IMG/VR virus record: IMGVR_UViG_3300050029_000207
Location: 1-58,746 of that record
Reading direction: 5' to 3' (one strand)
DNA: 58,746 nt
Origin: a virus
Taxonomy: Duplodnaviria; Caudoviricetes
The translations under genes were made by a program, and so were the position numbers. Positions 47,258 through 56,801 of the stretch are shown here, piece after piece. The notes under the pieces are model-generated. The model saw only the letters and a list, made by a program, of their open reading frames with translations, was not told where the DNA came from and searched no databases. How positions within the stretch are numbered: the first letter of the stretch is position 1; each line of letters starts with the position of its first letter.

Positions 47258-47484
47258 CCTTCAATTCAAATGACTGCGCCGATTCCTGTCAACCCATTCC
47301 ATGACCTCGGTATCCGTCATGACTTCCAAGGCGTGAATTGCTATACCGCAACGGATGCCCCTCAAGAAGCTCCCGAGGATTGCGCGTTTGCAGTTTTGCA
47401 TTACGAACGATTGTCTCGTTCTGAATGAAAGACAAGACGGCAACAATTTCTTTCTTTGAAGGGATTGTGGATTCAGCTGCCATA

Positions 47485-48534
47485 TTATTTCCTCAGAGAC
47501 ATGCTGGCAACAGTAAGACTTCCGGAACAGAAATGCAGGAAGTCAAGGTTGCCGGTGGCGATGTTGACGTTGTTGCCAGCGAAGGCGGAAATGCACTTCT
47601 TGAAAGACTGTGCATTGACCTGCGTCTGGAACTCGCCAAACTTGCCAGGAATGGTTCGCTTGAATCCCTGCGTTTCAAGGATTGCGCCCTTTGGCCCAAA
47701 CGAGACGCTCATTGAGGGCAATTCATTAGCCTCAAACATCATCAAAGCGGCTGACAGGGTTTCCGCTACAACCCTGGGGTCAACGGTTCCGAGCGGCTTC
47801 GACGGCTGGAAGTCCCCACCTTTTCGGATGTGGTCGGTGTTCGGGTATTGGGCCTCGAGCAGCCGGCATTGATAGGCTCCAAGGTTGTGCTTTACGGAAA
47901 GCGCACCGTCGCTAACAGAAAGCTGCGCACCCTCCAGCAAAAGCGCAGCAGCTAGGCGACTGGAATGATTGGTGCTGATGAGGGCATCAAGCTTAGTCGC
48001 GCAGGTAAATGAGGTGAATGCACCGTTCCCGCCGTCAACAGCCTCGGCGAAGACCTTCCCATCCTCACTGAAGATGTGAACCGATGCCAGTTCCGGTCGT
48101 GCGGGGTTGACACGAGCGCAGAACTCCACAGCCTTGATTGCGGATGCCAGGTCAGCACAAGTGATGTTGGATGGTTTGGTTGATGACTTCGGCTCTGGGA
48201 TGAACTCATCACCGTCCAGGCACTTAACGCGGAAGGTGGCTTCGGCGTCAATTGTCAGGATTCCGTTCTCTTGATTCATTTCCACGAACTCGCTAGCCAG
48301 CGCCATAGAGGCAGAAAGATAGCGTGGAAGGACGCAACAATTGATAGCCGAGTTGTCGGCGTCTTCGATCTTGATGAGTCCATAATGGGATTCTTCAAGG
48401 TTGGTCGAAGATATCTTGAGCAGGTCGTCGTCGAGTTTGAGCCGGAGGTAGGCCGACATCGGATTTGCGGTCGAGCGGGAAAGTTTGCACGCCGATTCCA
48501 GGGCGGAGCGCAGGGTCTTTGATTTGATTTTCAT
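47485..48534 (-). CDS. dnaN: DNA polymerase III beta clamp-like protein
   Basis: 349 aa; LKISSTNLE, RPELASV...AVDG, CRLLEAQYPN. Confidence 0.8.
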   Translation of the reverse strand: MKIKSKTLRSALESACKLSRSTANPMSAYLRLKLDDDLLKISSTNLEESHYGLIKIEDADNSAINCCVLPRYLSASMALASEFVEMNQENGILTIDAEATFRVKCLDGDEFIPEPKSSTKPSNITCADLASAIKAVEFCARVNPARPELASVHIFSEDGKVFAEAVDGGNGAFTSFTCATKLDALISTNHSSRLAAALLLEGAQLSVSDGALSVKHNLGAYQCRLLEAQYPNTDHIRKGGDFQPSKPLGTVDPRVVAETLSAALMMFEANELPSMSVSFGPKGAILETQGFKRTIPGKFGEFQTQVNAQSFKKCISAFAGNNVNIATGNLDFLHFCSGSLTVASMSLRK

Positions 48535-48734
48535 GACTGGAAGAATTTGGCGATTTCGGCACGCTTTTCGACGGGGATGCGGACGATGACCTTTTCCGGT
48601 TCCATCCTTCGGTGATGCGCGCCACCCGATGACTTAGCTTCCACAAATTCAACGCAGCCGCCGTGACCCTCCTGAAGGCGGAACTCGCTTCCGCCGGCAA
48701 TTGGGATTTCAGTTTTAATGATCATTGATTTCAT
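48531..48734 (-). CDS. hypothetical protein
   Basis: ATGA overlap with dnaN. Confidence 0.5.
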   Translation of the reverse strand: MKSMIIKTEIPIAGGSEFRLQEGHGGCVEFVEAKSSGGAHHRRMEPEKVIVRIPVEKRAEIAKFFQS

Positions 48735-48754
48735 TTGTTTCCTTTTGTTGTTTG

Positions 48755-49027
48755 TTATTGGTTTGTGATATTGATTGAAGTAATAGTAAAGTATCCCTCC
48801 TTAAGATTCCCCTTCTGAATCAGGCCGACGTCCGGGCATGGGAACCAGTTAATGCCATCGAATGAAGCCTGGATTCTGATTATGACACCAACCGGGTGTG
48901 CGGATCTGGCAACTGCCGGAATCGGCTTTGTGTATGAGTGGTATAAAAATGCAAACGAAACGATGAACGCCAAAATTATCATGAACAGGGCGGAATTGAC
49001 AATTTTGTCAATGGTTTTTAGATTCAT
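48755..49027 (-). CDS. membrane-anchored small protein
   Basis: one TM; IQASFDGINW...YFTI. Confidence 0.55.
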   Translation of the reverse strand: MNLKTIDKIVNSALFMIILAFIVSFAFLYHSYTKPIPAVARSAHPVGVIIRIQASFDGINWFPCPDVGLIQKGNLKEGYFTITSINITNQ

Positions 49028-49031
49028 AAGT

Positions 49032-49412
49032 TTATTGAAAGAATTGTTTTAAATCTGGCTTCGAATACAACTTGCTCTTCATGACCTTTCCATCGGGTGC
49101 GAAGATTGGTTTTCCGTTTTCATCGAGCTTGGACATATTCGAGCGGTGAACCTCATTAAACGCTGAATCCTTCAAGAAGGCAAGCCCAAATTGAAGAAAA
49201 GAACCCTCCACGACATATGTTATGTCAACTAGCGCGTCAAGAACCCCGACAACATCATCAGCTTCCAGCGCTTCACGGAGTTCGTCAATCTCTTCCTGGA
49301 TGAGCCGCACGCGCAATAACTGTGTCTTCTTGTCGCTGAGAGTTGGGTGAGGTTCATTCTTGACGCCGAAAGCGTCGTGGAACTCGCGGACTTGTTCGAT
49401 TGTTGATTTCAT
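49032..49412 (-). CDS. MazG-like NTP pyrophosphohydrolase
   Basis: VREFHDAF, IQEEIDEL, DALVDITYV, EVHRSNMSK, DGKVMK. Confidence 0.9.
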   Translation of the reverse strand: MKSTIEQVREFHDAFGVKNEPHPTLSDKKTQLLRVRLIQEEIDELREALEADDVVGVLDALVDITYVVEGSFLQFGLAFLKDSAFNEVHRSNMSKLDENGKPIFAPDGKVMKSKLYSKPDLKQFFQ

Positions 49413-49432
49413 TTTTCCTTGTTGTTTTGTTA

Positions 49433-51106
49433 TCAGCTCGGTTCTGGCTGACGAGAGCGTTCATTAATAGTCATCGTTGCGCCGTCAAAGTTGCACAACA
49501 CTTGCGTTCCTGCGCCGCCCTTGGTGCAAGCGAGCACGTCCATCAGCATGAGAGTTTGGTCGTCTTGGCCTCCGCGCGACACGCCAATCACCAATCCTGC
49601 GCTGCTCTCGAAGCTGCCAGAGTCTTTTGCCGAGTGTAGTGACGGCTTGTAAGAATGGTCTTGCCCAGACGGGCGAGCAACTTGGGAGCAGGCAACAACT
49701 ATCGTGTTCGTAACTTTCGCAATCTCCTTCATGGACTCTCCGACATGGGTCGCTTGCTCGTATTTTGTTCCGCCGCTACCCTTCATAAGCTGGACATAAT
49801 CAACAAGAACCAACCTTGGTTTTTCGCCGAGCATCAGTTCGCTTTTTAAGACTAGCTGTTCCAATCTTTCTGGTTTCAGCCGTGCCTCTGGGCATATGAT
49901 TATGTTTGGAAATGACTTTTCCAGAACGTCTCGTCCCAACTCATCACCTTCGGCATAAGTCTTCTCGACAAGCCCGCACTTCATCTTTCCGTGCATGGCA
50001 ACAAAACGCTCAAATAGAAGTTCTTTTGGAAGTTCCATTTGGAAAAACAATGTTTTCAAACGCATGGCGCGATAACAGAGATTTTGCAAAATTGCAGTCT
50101 TTCCGATCTTGGTGTCTGCCACAAACAGGGCAAATTCTCCTGGGACCAACGGTCTGATCTTGCCTCGGAAGGTCGGAAGCCACTCGCCCAAGTCCAGCTG
50201 AACATCCCTAGACGCCCTGACCATGGCTTTGTAATGAGGCTCGATGTCAGCGAGCGAATACAATGGCATCTTAATTCCGCCATAATGCGGAACGGCAGCC
50301 GACAAAAGTTCTTCAATGGCCGGTTTCGAAGAACCATTTTTATTTTTGTCAGCTATAAAATCAGAAATGTCCTTGTTGCCTGCTGGCAACTTGATCAAAC
50401 GGACAGACTTGGCTCGTTCGGACACTGACGCGAACACCTTTTCGACATGGTCTTGTCCCGGTTTGTCAGCGTCACCGCAAATTACCACTTCTTTACCACC
50501 CAACTGGTCGCTGTAGGCGTCTAGCCATTTTCCCGCACCGCCTACGTTGGTCGTGGAACAAAACCCGTGCAAGGCTAAAATGTCAGCGTCTTTTTCGCCT
50601 TCCACGATCCAGACCTGCGTTGCCCTGGCAACTTCCGGAGCACGATAAAGCACCCGTTCCACACCGGCCATATTCCAGAGCCAGCCGCCATGGCCGTCGG
50701 AACGCCGCTGACGGAATGTTTTGGAATAGCCGCACGCCTTTGTGGCGTCAGGCGATTGGTAGCGCAATGCCTGAAAAACAACCTTGCCAAACTTGTCGGT
50801 GTAATCGTAGGTTGCCGTCAGCACCGCGTTCGCCTTTGGTTCTTCCAGCGGCAATTCAGTTTTGTATTTTGGAGCGAAGTCCTTTTTTGGAGTTTCAAAA
50901 AACAAGTCCTTGACAGTTATGCCGAGAGACGCTGCGATCTCCGGAACGGAGCAGCCGGCAAAACACTTTAGCACAACGCCGTTTCGGCCTGGTGCGACAG
51001 ACAGAGACGCAGACCCGTCCTCGTGAGCCGGACAGCGCACCATGAAGTTGCCCTTGGTCGCCGGTTTGGCATTGGGGAACTTGCTTATGAAGTCTGGGAA
51101 GGTCAT
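49433..51106 (-). CDS. primase-helicase (Zn finger + TOPRIM + DnaB-like)
   Basis: CPAHED..CFAGC, IVEGEKDA, GDADKPG, DTKIGKT, LVDYVQL, CSQ. Confidence 0.92.
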   Translation of the reverse strand: MTFPDFISKFPNAKPATKGNFMVRCPAHEDGSASLSVAPGRNGVVLKCFAGCSVPEIAASLGITVKDLFFETPKKDFAPKYKTELPLEEPKANAVLTATYDYTDKFGKVVFQALRYQSPDATKACGYSKTFRQRRSDGHGGWLWNMAGVERVLYRAPEVARATQVWIVEGEKDADILALHGFCSTTNVGGAGKWLDAYSDQLGGKEVVICGDADKPGQDHVEKVFASVSERAKSVRLIKLPAGNKDISDFIADKNKNGSSKPAIEELLSAAVPHYGGIKMPLYSLADIEPHYKAMVRASRDVQLDLGEWLPTFRGKIRPLVPGEFALFVADTKIGKTAILQNLCYRAMRLKTLFFQMELPKELLFERFVAMHGKMKCGLVEKTYAEGDELGRDVLEKSFPNIIICPEARLKPERLEQLVLKSELMLGEKPRLVLVDYVQLMKGSGGTKYEQATHVGESMKEIAKVTNTIVVACSQVARPSGQDHSYKPSLHSAKDSGSFESSAGLVIGVSRGGQDDQTLMLMDVLACTKGGAGTQVLCNFDGATMTINERSRQPEPS

Positions 51107-51891
51107 ACCGCGTAAAATGGACGGTTGGCCTTGTCGAGATCACAGAGTTCGTTGCGAATTTCATTCAAGGCGTCTGCGAAACCGTGCAACGACACGGATC
51201 GTTGTCGCAGAAATGGCGATTTCAACCTTGACCATGCCGCGACCGCTGTCCTAATCAATACAGCGGTTCCCAGGCCACCTTGCAAGAGCTTCTTTACAGC
51301 CTTGCCGTCTCTGCCGCCGTTGAACGAATAGGGAACGCCGTGTGCTTTCAAGTATTCGTCCGTCCACTGTTTTATAAACACAGCGTGCTCCGACGGCGTT
51401 TTGGTTTCAGGAACGGCGTCTGCGCAAGCAGAAACTTCTTTCTTCTTCTTCTTTGGTTCTTCTTTCTTGGATAGTTCTTCTTCCGGTATAGTTCTTCTTA
51501 AGTAGGCCGCGCTCCCGTTCGACGGCTTAGGGTCGCACGGGTCAGCCGCTGACGGGGTGGGGCTTCCAGACGACTTTCCGTCCTCGGCGGCGTTCCCGGC
51601 TGAATCGAAGAACGTCCAAATGCAGTCCGTTAGCCCAGTGGCCGCGTTTCCGACTCGGTGAAAAGTCACATAGCCGAACTTCTTAAGTTCGCCGAGTGCG
51701 CCACGAATTGCGTCACGGCCTTCAGTTCCTTGCCCCTCAAGCCATCCGGCTGTGACATTCCAGTCTTCGCGGTTGGTCAGAACCATCGCAAGAACACCCC
51801 TCGCTTTGAATGAGAGCCTTTTGTCCCTGAGCATTTCGTTTGGAAGAACCGTGAAGTTGGCGGAGAGTTTCCGCCGAATTATCGTAGCCAT
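51103..51891 (-). CDS. replication initiator/replisome organiser (wHTH)
   Basis: NFTVLPNEMLRDKRLSFKARGVL...GRDAIRGALGELKKFGYV. Confidence 0.8.
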   Translation of the reverse strand: MATIIRRKLSANFTVLPNEMLRDKRLSFKARGVLAMVLTNREDWNVTAGWLEGQGTEGRDAIRGALGELKKFGYVTFHRVGNAATGLTDCIWTFFDSAGNAAEDGKSSGSPTPSAADPCDPKPSNGSAAYLRRTIPEEELSKKEEPKKKKKEVSACADAVPETKTPSEHAVFIKQWTDEYLKAHGVPYSFNGGRDGKAVKKLLQGGLGTAVLIRTAVAAWSRLKSPFLRQRSVSLHGFADALNEIRNELCDLDKANRPFYAV

Positions 51892-52048
51892 AAATTCCAA
51901 AAAGAAAACAGCAGCCGAGCGGAAGCGAGAAAAGGTCGGGCGGTGCGGTTGCCCATTGCTTCCAAACGACTGCTGCTTAAAACAAAAAGCGCACCAATTG
52001 ACCATTCGCTGTTTCTCGCAGCGGCCAACCTTTTCGGTTGACGGCTAA

Positions 52049-52077
52049 ACTTTGCCCGCGTTCGCCGCAAAAGGCAA
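52049..52077 (-). promoter_or_regulatory. putative leftward promoter TTGCCT-N17-CAAAGT
   Basis: same -35 hexamer as other candidate promoters; in the divergent intergenic region. Confidence 0.45.
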
Positions 52078-52189
52078 CAAAATTCCGCAAAAATGTTTGC
52101 AACGCCTGCTTTTCGCGCTTTTTCTTGAAAAGTATTTCCTTGCAAATCAGCCACTTGCGTCCGATTTGAAAGATTTGTGAAAATAGTTC

Positions 52190-52218
52190 TTGCCTTCTTG
52201 AAGGGTTTGAGCGATACT
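52190..52218 (+). promoter_or_regulatory. rightward promoter TTGCCT-N17-GATACT heading the cassette arm
   Basis: 17-nt spacing, AT-rich upstream, 50 nt before first plus-strand ATG. Confidence 0.65.
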
Positions 52219-52268
52219 GATCACGTTGAAGGCAATTCCGCTCTCAACGAACAAAATAAAAACTGATT

Positions 52269-52535
52269 ATGAAAACGAACACGAACGAAAAGACAAACCT
52301 GAAAGCAATCCAAACTGAAATGATGGCTCGCCGCCGCGAACTGATTGACGCGCAAAAGAAGCAGGGTGGAGGATGCGGCGCAATCCAACTCAAGTCTGAC
52401 AACCTGCTGTTCTGCTACAATCCGAACCGCACCGAAAGCAAGACCAACCCGCTCGGCGAAAAGTTCTATGTCACCGGGACAATGAACGGATGCCCGGTCA
52501 TCGTGAATGAGTTCACAATCTACGAGGCCGCATGA
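52269..52535 (+). CDS. hypothetical early protein
   Basis: A-rich leader; ATGA coupling. Confidence 0.65.
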   Translation: MKTNTNEKTNLKAIQTEMMARRRELIDAQKKQGGGCGAIQLKSDNLLFCYNPNRTESKTNPLGEKFYVTGTMNGCPVIVNEFTIYEAA

Positions 52536-52726
52536 AGAACCAAGCCGCTCAATCCCTCGGACGCCTTGGCGGTCTGGCGAAGTCGAAAGCCAAGACTGCT
52601 GCCGCGCGTCGGAACGCAAAACTTGGTGGACGCCCGAAGAAACCCAAACGCGCCGCCCGGCTGCCCAACGACCAAGCTCACCCCACTGCCGCGAAAGCGA
52701 GCGTGGACGGCACTGAAAATCTATGA
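52532..52726 (+). CDS. small basic phage protein
   Basis: AAQSLGRLGG..KS.AKTAAARRNAKLGGRPKK; C-terminal tail encoded by attC. Confidence 0.7.
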   Translation: MKNQAAQSLGRLGGLAKSKAKTAAARRNAKLGGRPKKPKRAARLPNDQAHPTAAKASVDGTENL

Positions 52727-52790
52727 GTGAAACCAAAAGCATCGAATCGGAAACGCTAGCGGCAGTTGCGGGTGCAGCGCGTGGTTCGGC
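52663..52790 (-). mobile_element. attC: attC site (distal end of array)
   Basis: GCCCAAC-GACCAA-GCTCACC...GGTGCAGC-GCGTG-GTTCGGC. Confidence 0.85.
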
Positions 52791-52995
52791 TCACCGCGAC
52801 TTCCTCGCATTCCTTCTCTACGCATCGGAAAGCGGTCGGCGTGGAGAACTCCCGTGCCGATGGGGAACGCTGCGCGACGACCTGAAAGAGAAGTGGCTGA
52901 ACACCGCAGACACGAAAATGAACGAATGGCTGGCGAGCGAAGAAGAAGCCCGCAAGAGCAGAGATGCCCATAATCCGAGGGCGTTCTTCTGTTGA
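52723..52995 (+). CDS. hypothetical protein (cassette cargo) starting inside attC
   Basis: ATG in attC loop; stop immediately before next core. Confidence 0.7.
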   Translation: MSETKSIESETLAAVAGAARGSAHRDFLAFLLYASESGRRGELPCRWGTLRDDLKEKWLNTADTKMNEWLASEEEARKSRDAHNPRAFFC

Positions 52996-53120
52996 GCCGA
53001 ACGACCAAGCTCACCCACAGCCGGGTGAGCGGGCAACCAACTGAAACCAAATCTTTATGACACCAGAAACGAATAAATCCGAAGCGCCACCGGCTGTTGC
53101 GGTGCAGCGCGTTGTTAGCC
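52996..53120 (-). mobile_element. attC: attC site
   Basis: GCCGAAC-GACCAA-GCTCACCCACAGCCGG...CCGGCTGTTGCGGTGCAGC-GCGTT-GTTAGCC. Confidence 0.9.
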
Positions 53121-53275
53121 CTCGCTGCCCCCAATGTGGCAAACCAATCGAAACACCTGTGGCGAGAGAAATCACGCAGCGTGATAATCGAAGCCCACGT
53201 GGAATACGGACAAATCGATATGACTTTTGTAGCGTCCAATGCGGGGCACACTACCAAATGGGATGCGAGGGCTAA
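53057..53275 (+). CDS. YacG-like zinc-finger protein (cassette cargo) starting inside attC
   Basis: CPQCGKPI...DFCSVQC; stop in next core. Confidence 0.7.
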   Translation: MTPETNKSEAPPAVAVQRVVSPRCPQCGKPIETPVAREITQRDNRSPRGIRTNRYDFCSVQCGAHYQMGCEG

Positions 53276-53320
53276 TCGCAGAGTCCAGCCATGCCGGGCC
53301 AGTGACGCCCGGACTCGGCT
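53270..53320 (-). mobile_element. attC: degenerate attC left arm
   Basis: GGCTAAT-CGCAGA-GTCCAGC-CATGCCGGG; no partner arm nearby. Confidence 0.55.
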
Positions 53321-53410
53321 ACATGACATGCGCCTCCCCTACCACTATATTTACTGGCACCAAAACCTGCGTGCCGCCAACCAACAACAAATCCTTTTCG
53401 CAATGTTTTT

Positions 53411-54169
53411 ATGAATATCAAAATCAATTCAGTCTTCGGTTCGCTGAAATTCGAAGGTGACTTCTCGTCGCTGAAAGAATGCGTTATGGCCGCGATTAAA
53501 AGCGATGCCAACCTGCGCGATGCCAACCTGTGCGGTGCCAACCTGTGCGGTGCCAACCTGTGCGGTGCCAACCTGTGCGGTGCCAACCTGTGCGGTGCCA
53601 ACCTGTGCGGTGCTGACCTGTGTGGTGCCAACCTGTGTGGTGCTGACCTGTGCGGTGCCAACCTGTGCGGTGCCAACCTGCGCGATGCCAACCTGCGCTA
53701 TGCCAACCTGTGTGGTGCCAACCTGTGTGGTGCTGACCTGTGCGGTGCTGACCTGCGCGGTGCCAACCTGTGTGGTGCTGATCTGTGCGGTGCCAACCTG
53801 CGCGGTGCTGACCTGTGTGGTGCCAACCTGTGTGGTGCTGATCTGTGCGGTGCCAACCTGCGCGGTGCTGACCTGCGCGGTGCCAACCTGCGCGGTGCTG
53901 ACCTGCGCGGTGCTGATCTGTGCGGTGAGAAAATTAAAACCGCGCGAATCTTCGCGGGATTGTATCGCTATCAAGTATATGCTATTTTGAACACTAAAGG
54001 TCAACGGTTTGTGAAGATGGGCTGCTTATTCAAGTCGCTTGAGGAATGGGAAAAGGTTGGAATCCTTGAATCGAACCTGGCCGAGTTCCCGAACGACGGC
54101 TCGCGCAAAAGCCTTGAGCGCAAAGAAGCATTCGACTTTGCGAAGAATGCAGCCCTTAACCTTGAATGA
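53411..54169 (+). CDS. pentapeptide repeat protein
   Basis: tandem A(N/D)L(C/R)G repeats, 15-bp period at ~53505-53926. Confidence 0.95.
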   Translation: MNIKINSVFGSLKFEGDFSSLKECVMAAIKSDANLRDANLCGANLCGANLCGANLCGANLCGANLCGADLCGANLCGADLCGANLCGANLRDANLRYANLCGANLCGADLCGADLRGANLCGADLCGANLRGADLCGANLCGADLCGANLRGADLRGANLRGADLRGADLCGEKIKTARIFAGLYRYQVYAILNTKGQRFVKMGCLFKSLEEWEKVGILESNLAEFPNDGSRKSLERKEAFDFAKNAALNLE

Positions 54170-54567
54170 TTATGAAACTCCGCCTCAACAAGCGCACCCT
54201 CGCCGACATGCCGACGCCGGTTCGCTCCCTCGTCACCGAATGGCGCAACCGCTGGCACAAGACCTTCATCAGCGTCTGCACCCGCACCGAGTTCTGCCCC
54301 GGTGAAGACGCCAAGGTCATCATGATCAACCTGCTGACCGGTGCCGCCGTTCAGCAGCGCGTTGCCGGCGAATGGGCGGGCGTGACCCGGCTGTCACCTA
54401 CGGACAACATCCCCCTGCCGGAAGGCTGCGTCGCTGTCGTGACGGGGATCTTTATGGGTCACCCTTGGCTCACCGTTTATCAGGGTGCGCCGGGTGCGGT
54501 GGCGAAACTGAACAATGAACCGTTAAAGATGGAAGGCGCAATGATTGCGTGCCCGGCGGAAAGTTGA
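54166..54567 (+). CDS. hypothetical protein
   Basis: ATGA overlap, coding-like codon usage. Confidence 0.6.
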   Translation: MIMKLRLNKRTLADMPTPVRSLVTEWRNRWHKTFISVCTRTEFCPGEDAKVIMINLLTGAAVQQRVAGEWAGVTRLSPTDNIPLPEGCVAVVTGIFMGHPWLTVYQGAPGAVAKLNNEPLKMEGAMIACPAES

Positions 54568-54568
54568 A

Positions 54569-54868
54569 ATGAAAGTCAAATACTTTTCCCTGACCGGAAG
54601 CTTCGAAGGCGGAATGAAGATCCGAGGCCGCTGGGTTTATGTAACCGACCTGAGCCACGTTGATAAAACCGGCTGGGAACGAATCATGACCGGCGATATG
54701 ACGCCGGCAATGGCAGGGTGCCTGAAGTGCGCCTCGATCACCGCCGGAACCGCCATCAGATTTTACGAACACGGACCAATTTCGCCGGAGTTTCCTAATC
54801 AGTTCTCCGGCACCGCCAGTGGCCCAATTCCGACCGTTTCGGCGGCGGGCGCTGGCGGGTTAATTTAG
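54569..54868 (+). CDS. hypothetical protein
   Basis: ATG 2 nt after previous stop. Confidence 0.55.
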   Translation: MKVKYFSLTGSFEGGMKIRGRWVYVTDLSHVDKTGWERIMTGDMTPAMAGCLKCASITAGTAIRFYEHGPISPEFPNQFSGTASGPIPTVSAAGAGGLI

Positions 54869-54878
54869 AAAGAAAATC

Positions 54879-55361
54879 GTGAATAAAACCTCCAAAACCG
54901 CCTCCCTCTCCGCCTTGCCGTCTAAAATGACGCAGGCGGAGCCGGAAGCGCCAACCGCCCCAACGTCACGCCTGGCCAATTTGGACGCCTTGGATAGCCT
55001 TCCAGGAGCCTCGGCGACCGCCCCGGCCTTCATGGAAGAGTTTTACGAGCTTGTCGGCACCGAATGGAAGTGCCGAGGGGTGATCCCGAGGGCTGCCGGC
55101 CAAATCACCGACTGCGAGAATTGCGGCGGAAGCGGATTTTACGCCCACGGAGAAACGGATCACCCAATTCAGCTTCAGTGCAGGTTCTGCGGCGGCTGCG
55201 GAAAGACTGAGCGGAGAATTTGCTGGGAGGGGAAGCTTGAATACGACCTGACCGAGCCGCTGACTGTTCAGCGCTGCTTCCAGGATTACGTCATCAAGGC
55301 CAGCGTGAAGAAGCCGGCAAGGGTGAGGGCGATACTTTTGCCGCTGACGATGGAGAAATGA
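54879..55361 (+). CDS. protein with DnaJ-type CxxCxGxG zinc motifs
   Basis: CENCGGSG...CRFCGGCG. Confidence 0.6.
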   Translation: MNKTSKTASLSALPSKMTQAEPEAPTAPTSRLANLDALDSLPGASATAPAFMEEFYELVGTEWKCRGVIPRAAGQITDCENCGGSGFYAHGETDHPIQLQCRFCGGCGKTERRICWEGKLEYDLTEPLTVQRCFQDYVIKASVKKPARVRAILLPLTMEK

Positions 55362-55365
55362 ATTT

Positions 55366-55545
55366 ATGAACAAATCTGAACTGATAGACCAATCCAACGC
55401 CCTCTACGGCCAGCTTGAGAAAGCTCGCCGCATGAACGACTACGATTCCGCGCAGGCTATCTGCGATAAGTTGTCACAGGTGAATAAGCGGCTTCACCTG
55501 ATTGAACTTCAGGAGGCGGCGGAACGCGATGGGAAAATAATGTAA
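55366..55545 (+). CDS. small helical protein (59 aa)
   Basis: MNKSELIDQ...; fills the gap between neighbours. Confidence 0.5.
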   Translation: MNKSELIDQSNALYGQLEKARRMNDYDSAQAICDKLSQVNKRLHLIELQEAAERDGKIM

Positions 55546-55553
55546 GAAAGACC

Positions 55554-55582
55554 TTGCCTTTTGAACTGGAAAGAGGTTTAAT
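55554..55582 (+). promoter_or_regulatory. promoter TTGCCT-N17-TTTAAT
   Basis: shares CTTGCCTTYTTGAA with the 52190 promoter. Confidence 0.6.
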
Positions 55583-55624
55583 TGAGGCTGTCATTCGAAA
55601 CCGCATCTTAAGCGGCCATTGAAA

Positions 55625-55813
55625 ATGAAAAATCAACTCGGCATCCGCCAACAAATCGAGAAGGCCTCGTCAGCCGCTGAAATTCAGCTGCTGATTACTG
55701 AGGCACACACCTACAAGAAGATCTCAACCGCAACGCTGAACGGCATCAACCGGACGGCGGACAAGCGGCTGAAGGAACTTACAACGCAGTCAACCAAGAA
55801 AGGAAAACAGTAA
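55625..55813 (+). CDS. hypothetical protein
   Basis: first ORF after promoter. Confidence 0.6.
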   Translation: MKNQLGIRQQIEKASSAAEIQLLITEAHTYKKISTATLNGINRTADKRLKELTTQSTKKGKQ

Positions 55814-55814
55814 T

Positions 55815-56603
55815 ATGTCCCGTAGCAATCCTCAGCAACAATTAACTCACCCAAGCCGCTGCTGGTTTGAGGTGAATGGTGAAACCGGCCAAATCTTCCA
55901 TTACGACCGAGAGCAGAAGAAGAAGATCAATCACGACCTGTCATTCGTGTTCATTTTGCTCGACGAATTATCCGTCATCAAGGGCTGGCACGAGGCCTCG
56001 GAGTCCGGCATCACCAGCAATGAAGTCCGCGACACCCGGCAGGAGGTCTTCGTCGTCAAGGCATTCAAGGGCGGAATCATCGCCAGCGGCCACTATAACT
56101 TCATCAAGGATAAGGTTGCGGCGCAGGGCGGCAGTTATCATTCCAACCTCTACATCGCCTTCAAGGACACGGACGGCACTCTTGCCATCGGTTCACTGAT
56201 GCTGCGCGGTGCGGCGCTGTCGGCCTGGTTTGAGTTCCGCAAGAAGAACCGCAGCAATACCGTCGAGGTCGCCGGCAAGAAGGTCTCCGTCCTTTACGCC
56301 AAGGCAATCTGCATCAAATCATTCAGCGAAGGCAAGAAGGGCAGCATCAAATTCAAGTATCCTGACTTCAGCCTGTCGGAGATCAAGCCGGAAACGAACG
56401 AGCAGGCCATCGCCCTCGACCGCGAGCTTCAAGAGTTCCTGACCGCCTACCTTCAGCGGAACAAGGCGGAAGCGGCTGCGCAGCCGACGCATGAAGGCGT
56501 TCAGGAGGATCCAGTGGTCGGCAATCAGGAGGCTCCCGAGCCGGAACCGCCGAGCAAGCCGGAACCGCAACCGGAGCCGGAAGACGGGGATGTCCCGTTC
56601 TAA
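55815..56603 (+). CDS. putative single-stranded DNA-binding/annealing protein
   Basis: acidic Pro-rich tail ending DGDVPF; upstream of exonuclease. Confidence 0.65.
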   Translation: MSRSNPQQQLTHPSRCWFEVNGETGQIFHYDREQKKKINHDLSFVFILLDELSVIKGWHEASESGITSNEVRDTRQEVFVVKAFKGGIIASGHYNFIKDKVAAQGGSYHSNLYIAFKDTDGTLAIGSLMLRGAALSAWFEFRKKNRSNTVEVAGKKVSVLYAKAICIKSFSEGKKGSIKFKYPDFSLSEIKPETNEQAIALDRELQEFLTAYLQRNKAEAAAQPTHEGVQEDPVVGNQEAPEPEPPSKPEPQPEPEDGDVPF

Positions 56604-56690
56604 GCAACTTCCCTCGCCTGACCGCATACTGCTTAACGGCTCGCCCGCGTGTGCGGAACGGGTCGGCGGCAGGCGAGGGGATCAATTTAT

Positions 56691-56782
56691 GAGCGTGTGG
56701 CGGAATGCAAATACGCAGCGGCAAGCTGAGTGTGGACCGGATGCCGGAACACCAATTGCAGGTTCAAATCCTGCCGCGCTCA
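56691..56782 (+). ncRNA. tRNA-like RNA without canonical anticodon arm
   Basis: acceptor GAGCGTG/CGCGCTC-A, D-arm GCG..CGC, T-arm GCAGG-TTCAAAT-CCTGC. Confidence 0.7.
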
Positions 56783-56801
56783 CCCTTTGAAACAAAAAAA
56801 A

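Noticed and set aside
53272-54004. PTCAV, AQVGT and RLAPH repeat ORFs
   Set aside because: Alternative frames or strands of the pentapeptide repeat gene
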